A model generated the notes under the pieces. It saw only the letters and a list, made by a program, of their open reading frames with translations, had not been told where the DNA came from and searched no databases. Of a DNA stretch of 64,000 nucleotides, positions 13,564-24,464 are shown one piece after another. A program made the translations under genes and the position numbers. Position 1 is the first letter of the stretch; the number at the start of each line of letters is the position of its first letter. The stretch is from Daphnia carinata (taxonomy: Eukaryota), in contig NC_081332.1 in the NCBI RefSeq assembly GCF_022539665.2, positions 4,154,001 to 4,218,000 on the forward strand, written 5' to 3'.

Positions 13564-14401
13564 GTGGTAACAGCAGAAGCAGATGCAGTAACTAAAACAA
13601 TGAGGGAAATATCCATGGAAAAGTATTGAATTTTTTACATACTTGATTTAAGTACCTCAATCTTGTATATGATCTGTGTGGTTAATTTGTTGGCACTCTC
13701 CATATGGATAAGTGTTGATTAAATATGTAATCAAAAGTTAATCCCATCTTGTTTCCTTTTCAAAAAGCTTGGGCATGACAACAGTTTGTGATGAAAGATA
13801 TTTTAAAAAATTGTGACCATGACTTCTCTTAGAAGACCGGATTTATCGTACAAATAGTATGATACAGGTAGGTGGCCCTAATACTTTTTCGTCTTCAAGT
13901 AAAATTTTTTATTTGGTTAAAGATAAATGGTCTCGATAAACAACTAAATGAATGTCTCTAGAAATGCAGTAAAAAACTATAAGTACCCTGATATGAAAAG
14001 GCAAAATTCCTTTAGGATTTCCAGTAGTAACTTTATAGCAGTGTCTGCCACAAAAAAAAACAAAACAAAGATAATTAGTCTTGAACTGCTTAATACTGAA
14101 TGATTTGGAGGGTGGACATAGCCTCCCCAGATAGGCTAAAAATTTTTACCTTTTTGTCCACTACCATGTAAGATCTTTCTTTAACCACTGTTATATGGCA
14201 ATCCGTTTTACCCAAAAAAAAAAAAAAAAAACATTTCGGAAAAAAAAATCACACTTTTTTCTTTTTTCCGACCTGTAGCCATCTACCGCTGAGATTCGTT
14301 ATTATAGGCATGTAGGTAATTTGAGTCCATTGGATCCCATTGGCAGTTAGGTGAGTAGCGTGGCTGGAGAAAAACGCGTGGCTGGAGAAAAATATTTAAA
14401 A

Positions 14402-15970
14402 ATGAATAAGAAAATTAAAGATAAGGATGGTAAGTACAAAGATTATTATATTAGTTTTCAATTATTAATTATTGTTTTTTAGCTCTAATTATGAACCTGC
14501 AGGCTCAATTATAGCAACAGCAGAAAATATTAGGTGACAACAAAACTATGGATGGTAATATGTAATGATTGTATTTGTGTTCTTTTATTCATTTTTGTTT
14601 TTTAGCTCAAACTTTCAGTCTACAAGCTCAGTTACTAGTTTACTCAGTTACAGGAAAAAAAACAAGTTACAACGGGACACTTTCCAAACAGTGAAGGAGG
14701 TTTTTCCAAACTCATCCCTAACTGAACGTGAGGATGAGTTGGCATTAGGCGTACACAGTCAGGTACCTAAACTTTTCAAATAAGAATGCAAAATAAGCAT
14801 AGAATTTTAACAAGCAATGATTTATTGTTAAGTTATTCAGTCCACCATCAGACAGTGTGTTAAATTTAAATTCTGTTAGTGCTGCACTAAAAGAATTGTT
14901 CGTAATCAGTCCATGCAACGATGGAACTGAACAATTGTGGGACCGTATTTGGGCCAAAAATGGGTGTGGTACGGAAACCCAGAAATGGCACGAGTTCAAC
15001 CTAAAACATGGATTAGGTACTTCCCGGTTCTTTGTCTATCGAAAAAGTATTTTCAATGCTATTATTTTGCATTCACAGAATTTTAGCGGGGGATCAAGTC
15101 AAGTCTGGAAGTGTTACAGGATGGAAGAGTCAGCCTGTAGTTGAAAAAACACTGAGAGTACATTGCCGTTAAGGTGTGAGGTGAAGTAATAGTGATGCAA
15201 ATTGTCTAATGAGAAGTACCATCTTGTGTTAATGAATATGATACAACAGCAATCCTTTATAGTTCTGTCACAGCTAGAAGCCTGAAATAATTCTGCTTCT
15301 CTGGCTAAAGAACAACTTGTCCTTTATGTTCACAGTGTTGGTGAAACTGGGTACTTAAATGGCCCTAAAGATGTTTTAATTTTGCTGCCGTTGCAGAGAT
15401 GAACATCATACATGGACTCTTTAGGTATGAAAGGAATTTTCTTCAAATAATTTTGAATTTATGACAAAGAATTTCTCTTCCTTTTTGCCAACCAGGTCTT
15501 ATCTACAAAAAAAAATTTTATCCAATAGGAAAGGATTTTCATATACTGGGAACACAACTATCAACAATGCAACATTCTACGGGTGCTAGTTTATCATTCA
15601 AGAGCCTTATACAATGATGTTAATCTGCAATTTGTATGTCCTTTCCCAAGCTTCCACCAGAAGTTGAATCTATGAGTCATGTAAGTTCCATGATCAACAA
15701 TTGATGTGTTTAACGGTGTTGTTTTTCTTTTCTCAATATAGGTTAATAGTAACATTGGATCTGAAAAGATTCTTGGTTGGGGCAAGACACTGAATAAATT
15801 GTATTGATTGGATGGATGACATGACATTTCTATACTTAATTCGGATTCCCCAGACGGTATTTGATATTAAAAAAATTGAAGTGCATATCTGGGCTCCCTT
15901 CTTTTCTGAAGCCCCGTTTCCCCTTGACTCATAATAAGCCCGTAGGGGGTCATGCCCCTACTGTACGGTA
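14402..15970 (+). pseudogene. Decayed multi-exon gene of unknown family carried inside the arm (also in copies B, D, E)
   Basis: GT-AG introns conserved across copies; composite frames such as AQILSLQAQL...FQTVKEVFPNSSLTE.EDELALG, LNSVSAALKEL.VISPC.EG.EQLWDRIWA; stops and frameshifts in the copies examined. Confidence 0.6.
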
Positions 15971-16575
15971 TATATAAAAACAACATATACCGAGGTTTGG
16001 AGGGCTCTGGCCGGAAAGGGGACGTGGGGTGCCGCTTCGTCCGATGATGTGTTCACGGAGGGTGACGTGGCTGCCCACAAATCCGAACTAAAGGTTAATC
16101 GCTCCTGTAAAAATGTTCCAAATCTTCAGCTCTTCTTCCGGCTTCTCTTAGCCAATCACCGGGTAATCTCCCCGGTGGGTCAACAAGGCAGTGTCTCCCC
16201 CTGCCTGGGTTGACAGCAACTTTTGAAAGGGCTATTGTGCCTTTTTAAAGTTGCAAAAATAATTGTAATGTGCAGAGAATTGTCAATAAAAATTTTTTTA
16301 TAAAATATTATTTGCAAAATTTGTTTCTTTCATTGTCTATGTTCACACATTACATTTGTCAACTTTTTTTTTTATTTAGCTTGATCAATTCACCTTTATT
16401 GTTTTTGCCACCTTTGATGTTGAACATTGTTTCCATTGGTTTATCGTTTATCTGTAAGTATTTAATTATCATCTATTATACTCTTTGAATTCTTCAGTTT
16501 AGATTCGAGGAACATAGTATATTGCCGATTTTGTTTTCTGAAGAAATTTTGTATTTGTATTATATTTTACTCGTA

Positions 16576-16634
16576 TGGGAACCGATCCCCAGACCTTCAG
16601 TGTGCAACGCCGATGCTCTAACATTGAGCCACGA
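16576..16634 (-). other. tRNA-like Pol III cassette (Ala-TGC-like loop), no acceptor stem
   Basis: TCGTGGCTCAATGTTAGAGCATCGGCGTTGCACACTGAAGGTCTGGGGATCGGTTCCCA: A box, D-arm, anticodon-like arm, degenerate B box; homolog at 34837-34895. Confidence 0.6.
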
Positions 16635-16742
16635 GATATGTTTAAATTTTCTTATTATCCCATATACTGTGTTATCGTCTAGGCCGTTTGTGCAGTCTTG
16701 CACAAGTATATGCTTATCTTTCTTCAGTTTTCATAAGGTCTA

Positions 16743-16797
16743 TAGCTCTGTGGTAGAGCCTCTAGCTGCGATACCTGTTATCCTGGGTTCAAACCTC
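16743..16797 (+). other. tRNA-like Pol III cassette
   Basis: TAGCTCTGTGGTAGAGC...GGGTTCAAACC; homolog at 35004-35058. Confidence 0.55.
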
Positions 16798-16936
16798 ATC
16801 AGATGTATATAACTGAAGCAGAATAAATGTGGAAAAGAATATAGCAGCATTGCATTTCAATTTTATTCTAAGTGTAAATGTAAGTCCGTAGGAAATATAA
16901 TAGGAAATATTCGTTAATTGCTTATAAGTTCATGGT

Positions 16937-16991
16937 TGGAATCATGGTAACGCATGTGGTTGTCATGCTGGAATACTAGGGTTCGTTCCCC
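16937..16991 (+). other. tRNA-like Pol III cassette (degenerate)
   Basis: TGGAATCATGGTAACGC...GGGTTCGTTCCC, A/B boxes at tRNA spacing. Confidence 0.45.
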
Positions 16992-17149
16992 ATGTCAGTT
17001 AATGTGTAATTAAATAATGAATACAAAAGTATATAGAGTAAAAGTTTTTATTGTCCCTCCTTCCACCCACATATCCACCACTTTACATACATTTTAATAC
17101 AATATACAAAATACAATACACACACAAATACATACAACTAACTCGTTGG

Positions 17150-20100
17150 CTGCCACGCCACCATATTCTACAGTTGCTACTGTCGCTATCGAAGGGATAG
17201 CGACCAACGGGGCCGGGTAGGCCGGGCTGAAACTGACGATGAGACCTTTCCGGGAATGCACACCCCAGGTCTACATCGCCGTCTCGTTCAAGGGAATTCC
17301 CTATGGTGCATTGCCTAAAGGGCCGTTCGGCCAATCTTGGGCAGTGGCGCTGCTCCACCCCATGGCAGATAGACCATGGAGCAGAACAGCGCGGCCCGTC
17401 CCTGTCAAGCTACAAAAAAAAGGGGATAAAAGTGTGTGGGTGGCAGCCAACGGGTTAATTTGCAAGACCTAATACAACATAAAACAAAACACAACCATAC
17501 CACGAAGACGAGGCGACCACGAGGTGACGAAGGGGCGATAGGGGAGGTGAAGACGGGGCGATGGGCGAGGCTGAGATGGGACGACGGGCGAGGCGAAGAC
17601 GGGCGACTGGCGAGGCGAAGTCGGGACGACAGGCGATGCGAAGACGGGACGACGGGCGAGGCGAAGTCGGGATGACGGGCGATGCAAAGTCGGGACGACG
17701 GGCGAAGCGAAGACGGGGCGACGGGCGAAGCGAAGACGGGGCGACGGGCGAAGCGAAGACGGGACGACGGGCGAAGCGAAGACGGGACGACGGGCGAAGC
17801 GAAGACGGGACGACGGGCGAAGCGAAGACGGGACGACGGGCGAAGCGAAGACGGGACGACGGGCGAAGCGAAGACGGGATGACGGGCGAGGTGACGACGG
17901 GTGCGGCGAAGACGAAGAAGGTTTTGTTCTAAATTGTAAAAGTAAAGATAAAGAACTAGTTAGTGGGAAATATAAGATTGTTGTTGTAACCAAACGTTGA
18001 AAGCAATTTGACTTACTTCTGCTGTCCGATGGCTAGAAAGACTGTAGGGCCAGCAAATAGGCAGCAGACGGCTAAGAGTTGGCAATTCTATGGTTGAATG
18101 TTCAATTTAAATAAAAAAGCAAACTATATGAGGCATAAGAAAAATTCTAAATGCCAATAGAAATTGTGTTGAGGTACATGTCTGTGTCCGTTGGTAGGCT
18201 AAGTAGAGATTACAACTGCCTAAATGACTGTCATTACAGTTGACACTGCAACGAAGATGAATATGGTGCATCACTCAGATCACGATTGACAGGAGACCAC
18301 GAGTGGTTAAAGAGTAGAAGAACGATATTATGGTATTCCTACCCATAGGATTTGCATCTTTGGTGACATTCCTCAACGGGAAGTATTCTTTACAAATGAA
18401 GTTTCATGAGCTAAACCTTAAAAGCAAAATCCGTCAATGAGATTCTGATAACAAAACATTAGTCTTATACCTCTCAATGAGCGTTGGTATAGTTTGATGA
18501 ATGCAACGTAGTAGGTTGCTAATAGTTTTCTGGTTTGACAGCTGACACAGGTGACTACAAGACATGTACCACAAACACCAAGCATTCTGTGGGCTTCACT
18601 TCTAAAACACACTCAGGGATGAAAACGTACAGAAGCACCATTAGATTTTCTTAAGTTTTCCATTGGAATATGACATATTTAACAGAAACTTTCGAACACA
18701 GCTTTCACCGCTCCCACATAGTCAGCAAGTAAATAGTGGCACAGCAGCGTCATCTTGTTTTCTAATTAACAACCAAAAAATTCATAAAAATTGATAATCT
18801 TGCTTTTTTGAGACGGGAGCTGCACTGATGTGAACTCTTTAAACATACTTTTAGAGCGTGAATCCCCCCCCCCACCCCTATATTTGTCTATTACCATTTT
18901 AATTTTATTTTTACAAATGCAGCGACCAAGACAACGAACGGCATTTTTAAAATATAGCGATTTAACATGTTTTTGAGCCCGATTTTTTCACTGCCTTTTA
19001 TTTATTTATCCAAAAAACCTAAATATTTCTAGGAAAATACATGATTTGGGTTCACAGTTCACCAAGGATGTTGATTGCGTTTCACTCACATCTAAAAATT
19101 TCGCACGTTGACATATCTCTAGATTGTTAGCTAGTCAACATCTGTATGATAATACAATTTTCTTTTTTTTAACAGCTGCAATGGTTTTTCGATAATAAGT
19201 TCCACGGAAAAATTTCTCCATTGTGACAAGGACGCCAATTGTGCGTTATCTTGTGCCTATTTTCAATTAAATGGATACGCCGTCACTTTTCTGCTCGGAA
19301 GAGCTCACTTTAGCCTGGAATATTGTTTTGAATGGTGTAATTAGTATACATTGCATACATTAGATCGGATCTATTACTTTTTGGCATACGATCTTTAATT
19401 GTGTGAGGCTGTCAAATCGTCGACAGGCGGTATCTAAAGGAGGAAAACAGCTAAGAGGTTGCGGACTCATCAATAAACGCAAAACTATTACAAAATTATA
19501 AAGATAGCGTGAAACCAAAGCGTAAAGAAAATTAATTTTTGTTTCCAGCACTTCAGTACAGGTATCATCGTCAGCGTGGGCACAGGTGATTTTTCCATGT
19601 TCATTGTTTCAGGTCACCAACTTCTACTAGATGCGTCAAGAGGAAATGAGGTTACACGAACAGAAAATTAACCATACAATTCAACTGATAGATAAAAATA
19701 CCATGATGCGTGGAAGTGAAACACACCACATCACAACTGTTAAAACTGTCAGAACATTCACCACCCATGCAAAACATTTTCTGATTCATTAATCTTCATC
19801 ACCTAGCCTATACCAAGAAAACCAAACACAAGTAGTGCAGAACATTTTGCCGCTGAAAGTTAACATATACCTGACAAATTTACTGCAGACCAGCAATTCC
19901 TGATGGACTCCTACACAACATTCCAGATAAACAAAACAGTAGTAATTCCTAAACAAACATCTTACAATAGCGGTAAATATAACTTCTCACATGAACAATA
20001 AATATGAACGTTGGTTTGTTGGTTGAATTTGGAAATGGCTTACTAGTTGGAATAAGTTTTTTTTCTTTTACCCCAAATTTGCTTTCCGGGCAGCGCACTT

Positions 20101-21075
20101 CCAACCTTCTGTGCTGATTACAGTATCTGCATGACCCGCTGCAGAATTATCACAAGTGAAGAGGAAATCGGGTCACAGAAACAAAGGGGCCCAGGTACAC
20201 ATTTATTTTCTTTAAGTACCATAACGCGTGAAATAAACGAATCCGAGGAGCTTCGGTCATCATTCCAACTACCATAATTTTTTTGGCACTGAGCCTCCGT
20301 CAATTTTCTTTCCCAATTCTTTATAATTACGAATCTTCCTTTAGAAAAATAAAACAAGAATTAGTATAAATTTCTTGCCAATTGAATCACATAAAACTGT
20401 GGAATCCTAGAGACATAATATTTTGCAAACTCTTCGAATCCCTTGAAAGCAGAAAACTTTCTGCTAAAAGATCCATGTAAGCCAGATACAGGTCAACTGG
20501 TACTTCCTTTTCGACTGGCATTGGCAGTGATAAATAACAAGTAGGAACAAATGCAACCGAGACCTCATCCGACCCCAGACACACCAAAGCCAAGTTCAAT
20601 ACCCAACTAAAGAGACCTACTACTACAGAATCTTTCTGTATTCTACTTATGATAAAATACCCAACATTCATGTGCAGCTTCCTGAAAAATAAAATGAGTT
20701 GGAACACAAATGAACCTTGTTAATAAAAAAAATTAGCTATTCACCTATATTTTGTCAGTGTCCATCGATGCAAGACTTCTTCAAAATCGGATTCAGATGT
20801 TCGTCTAAGTCCCCGAGAACAACGTAGAGTAGTTCTCGCGAAGCAGGGTGCTGGTATCCTGAAAATTGCGGAGCAAATCTACCGACTTGCAACTTACCCT
20901 ATTTAAAACCGTTATGATGCACAAGTTAAAAACCTAGCTTTTACAAAGCAAGTAAATGGTATACCTTAAATACATTCAAAGGTAATGCATGGTCACCTTG
21001 GCAAGGTGTTCGCCAGACCACATCGTTCGTACAAGACGGCGACGAACATTTGCAGTTCTTCCCTTGAATTTCACC
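17150..21075 (-). pseudogene. Degenerate spliced Cys-rich gene(s) of unknown family between arms A and B
   Basis: Exon-like segments bounded by GT/AG (e.g. 20965-21075 GEIQGKNCKCSSPSC..., 20745-20858, 20390-20682, 18470-18750 with CGTC/CVSC) containing in-frame stops; no DDE or RT motif recognised. Confidence 0.4.
17540..17905. repeat. GC-rich 23-bp minisatellite, about 16 copies (GGGCGAAGCGAAGACGGGACGAC)
   Basis: Directly visible tandem unit; explains the overlapping repetitive ORFs on both strands. Confidence 0.95.
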
Positions 21076-21368
21076 TACAAAAAGCAAGGTCTGCCACGTT
21101 CGGCTGCCGTGATATAACCAGCCGCTACGACGCTATGTTAAACGTGGCCATCAGCAGCTCAGCTCAGCACAGCACCTGGGCCACCTAGCGACTAGCCCAC
21201 TACAAGACTAAAGCAAATATTTTGTTTGACAAATAAGACTTTAATTGGGTGTTGAGAATAATGAGTTTCTATAAATTAGCACTTCCTAAAAAGTTAAATT
21301 AAATTACAAATGAAGTAATTACTAAATTTTAAAAAAATAATTAATGAATTTAGTCTATTGCAAATTTG

Positions 21369-22083
21369 CCCATTTTCGGCCAAAACACGGTCCCACAATT
21401 GTTCAATTCCTTCGCTGCATGGACTTATTACTAACCATTCTTTTAGTGCAGCACTAACAGAATTTAAATTTAACACACTGTCACGTGGTGGACTGAATAA
21501 CTAAACAATAAATCATTGCTTGTTAAAATTCTGACTAATACTAACCTAACCTAAAATACTAACCTAACAATTCTTTTAGTGCAGCACTAACAGAATTTAA
21601 CTTTAACACACTGTCAGGTGGTAGACTGAATAACTAAGTAATAAATAATTGTTTGTTAAAATTCTATACTTATTTTGAATTCTTATTTGAAAAGTTTAGG
21701 TACCTGACTGTGTTCGCCTAATGCCAACTCATCCTCACATTCAGTTAGGGAAGTTTTGAAAAACCTCCTTCACTGTTTGGAAACTGTTCCATTCCAATTT
21801 GTTTTTTTCCCCTAGCCGAGCTTGTAGACTCAAAATTTGAGCTACAAAACACAAATGAATAAAAGCAAATAAATAGAATCATTACGTATTAGGCCTTACC
21901 ATCCTTAGCTTTGCTGTTATCTAATATTTTGTTGTTCCAATAATTGGGCCTGCAGCTTCATAATTTGATCTAATAAACAATAATTCATAATTGAAAACCA
22001 ATATAATAATCTTTATACTTACCATCCTTTTGTTGTATTATCTTATCCATTTTTCATTTGTTCCTCCAACCACGCTACTGAAC
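21369..22083 (-). mobile_element. Long transposon arm, copy B (inverted relative to A; outer ~165 bp missing; internal ~95-bp duplication)
   Basis: Reverse complement of ~14360-14965 / 32650-33252; ends at CCACGCTACTGAACTA where the hAT-like TIR begins. Confidence 0.8.
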
Positions 22084-24344
22084 TAGTGTTGGCGACTATC
22101 AAACCTCAAAACGATATATCGATATTTTTAGATAGTTTTTTGGCGAGTATCGATACAAATGTCATGAAATTCAATATTTTTATCGTCTGCTTTACTTTAC
22201 AAGTCTTAACAGATAATTTTAGTCATACATATCAGTGTTGCCTTATGAAATATAATAGATTTTTGTTGAAATTTGTATTACATGAACATAAAATGTAGAG
22301 AAAATAATAATTTACCATTGCACAAATGTATTTATCGTCAGGATATAAAAATATGTATTTCAAATTTAAAAAAAAATCTTGCAGACGGATTCGAACTTCT
22401 GTACTACGTATTGCGAGCGCGGAATTGATCCACAACGCTAACTCTCCACAATTTGTGTGTGTCAGGCAATAAGTCCAACGTTTGGTGCCGAGTATCGATA
22501 CTAATTTCAGAAGCAACTGTTACTTACCGTCATCTGCTTTATCAACGATGCTAAACAGAATACTATTTTGCTATGAAAATCTGTTACATTTATAAATTAC
22601 AAATCTTATTTTATTAGTATCGTAAACGCCTCAGTTAACAGAGAGCGATTATCCTAAATTTTTATTACTCAGATACGTTTAAAATATAATGTCTAGCAGA
22701 TTGTAAAAAAAAATAGATAACTAGACCTAAACCCCTAAACAGATTTGAACTCGAGAATTCCGAATCCCAATCGCAGTACTTATCCACAGCGCTACTCCCT
22801 CATGACATATGATAGCAAAGCAATACATAATAATAGTGTTAACGAGTATCGATACAAATTGCAGACTACACATCGAAATTCGTCGTCTGTTTTACGTAGG
22901 GCTAAACAGTATGTTGCAAAGGCAATGAAAACAAATATTTTCAGGTTTCTTCTCTCATTTACATTTTGATTTCTTTGAATTCTTAATGTCCCACTATGCA
23001 ATTAATAAAAAATTTTGATTGTGAAATTACGGAGTGCGTAAAATAGCGCGTAAAAAATACATTGCAATACTCTTTCAAGAAAGCAAAATTCCCAAATGAG
23101 GATTCGAACTCCGATACTTTACATCACGAAGCTTGCGCTTTAACCACAACGATACACTTATTTATTTATTATAATTATTTAATTATTTGTGTTCCTTTGT
23201 TTATGTGTTGCGTATAGAAGAAAATACAACTGCTACCATGATCTTCTAAATTCTGTGTCTTATGTTTTATGGCAATTAAATGCTATGCTTTATAACATTT
23301 TAGTTCTGTCAAATAAGTATTTTCCAGAAATGTAAGGTATCCAATAAAAAATGCCATATGCTGGGATCGAACACGGTTCTATTTTGTGGCGTGCTGTATC
23401 TTAAACCACTGGACCACTTCGATATTGCATAATCGACAAATTCAAAAGAATTAATTGTTATCGGGTAGTATCGATACAAATTGCAGACGAAAATCTAACA
23501 TTACTGTCGTCTGCAACGATTTAGATTGAAGATTTGTTTACTATTGATATCAGGGTTGCCACCGCAAATTAATAGTATTCTTATACAGCAAATTTACTTT
23601 TATTAACGGCACAATATTTATATAAGACTGTAATGCAAAATATTTGTGAATTCCCGTTAATAACCATCTACAACATATTTTTGCAATAATTAAAAATAGT
23701 TAAAAACTATGTCTCCTATGAGGGTTGAACTCCGTACCTTTATATCCTGAGCCACATCTTCTTCCACATAGCCATGACGTTCTTGGAAAATTTGTAACCA
23801 GCAAGGTGGTATTGGTGTGGGATAGTATCGATACAAATTGCAGACGAATATCTAATTTTATCGTCGTCTGCTCAATTTTACGAAGCTGCGCAGTGAAATT
23901 TTTCAATGTTAGGGGGTGTTGCCATAAATTTATCAGTGCTTTAAGTTTCGTAATATAATATTATAAATATTTTAAAAAAGGACAAATGCTACCGCTGCTA
24001 AAAAACCTTCTTGTAGAAACATATATGCAATTTTTCTCACAAAACCACCTAGCGTTGCTACACACTATACAGCGTACCTAGCGTTGAACTCGGAACCATT
24101 GGGCCACATGCGCTGACTATAACCACAGCGCTGTGACATTTGTTATTGAATACGATGGTTGTCGCATAAGGTTATTGTTTAGAATTATCGATACAAACCT
24201 GATAAACTAACCCCTATCATTTCTGCAGTGCTATTTTTGGCCGGTAGATGGGGGTTATTAGATATTTTATCGATAATCGTATCGTTATCTAAAAGGGGCG
24301 TAGATAATTTTTATCTAGCAGAACTTAGATAATCGCCAACACTA
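22084..24344. mobile_element. Non-autonomous hAT-like DNA transposon, 2261 bp, 17-bp TIRs
   Basis: Left TAGTGTTGGCGACTATC (22084-22100) versus right GATAATCGCCAACACTA (24328-24344), 16/17 inverted match; TAGTG start and subterminal ATCGAT/GATAA repeats are hAT-like; no TSD visible. Confidence 0.75.
22140..24235. repeat. Diverged tandem array, period ~345-360 bp, about 6 units, each with TATCGATA, a GCAGACG..CGTCTGC hairpin and a minus-strand tRNA-like cassette
   Basis: TATCGATA at 22148, 22493, 22847, 23469, 23826, 24186; tRNA-like cassettes at 22386-22440, 22740-22794, 23099-23154, 23361-23416, 23720-23774, 24080-24133. Confidence 0.85.
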
Positions 24345-24464
24345 CTTCTAGTGTTCCCTTAGACTTTCTAATTTGATAAGTAAATTTCACTCTGAAATTT
24401 CATGTTCTCTCTTTCTGTTTATAGTTTTTCAGATCTTTTTGCTTGCTGGACAGTTGGTTTTGTC

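Larger units (their letters stand above)
14194..17000 (+). mobile_element. Long transposon arm, copy A (terminus TATGGCAATCCGTTTTAC); probable left arm of a foldback-like element
   Basis: Homologous to 21369-22083(-), 31976-32507(+), 32511-35160(+) and 35186-37506(-); sharp shared terminus; inner end approximate. Confidence 0.8.

Noticed and set aside
17436..17993. Arg/Gly- or Pro/Ser-rich ORFs on both strands
   Set aside because: Arise from the stop-free 23-bp minisatellite
22140..24235. CRISPR-like repeat-spacer array
   Set aside because: Period ~355 bp, degenerate repeats, eukaryotic context, no cas genes; better explained as a tandem array inside a TIR element
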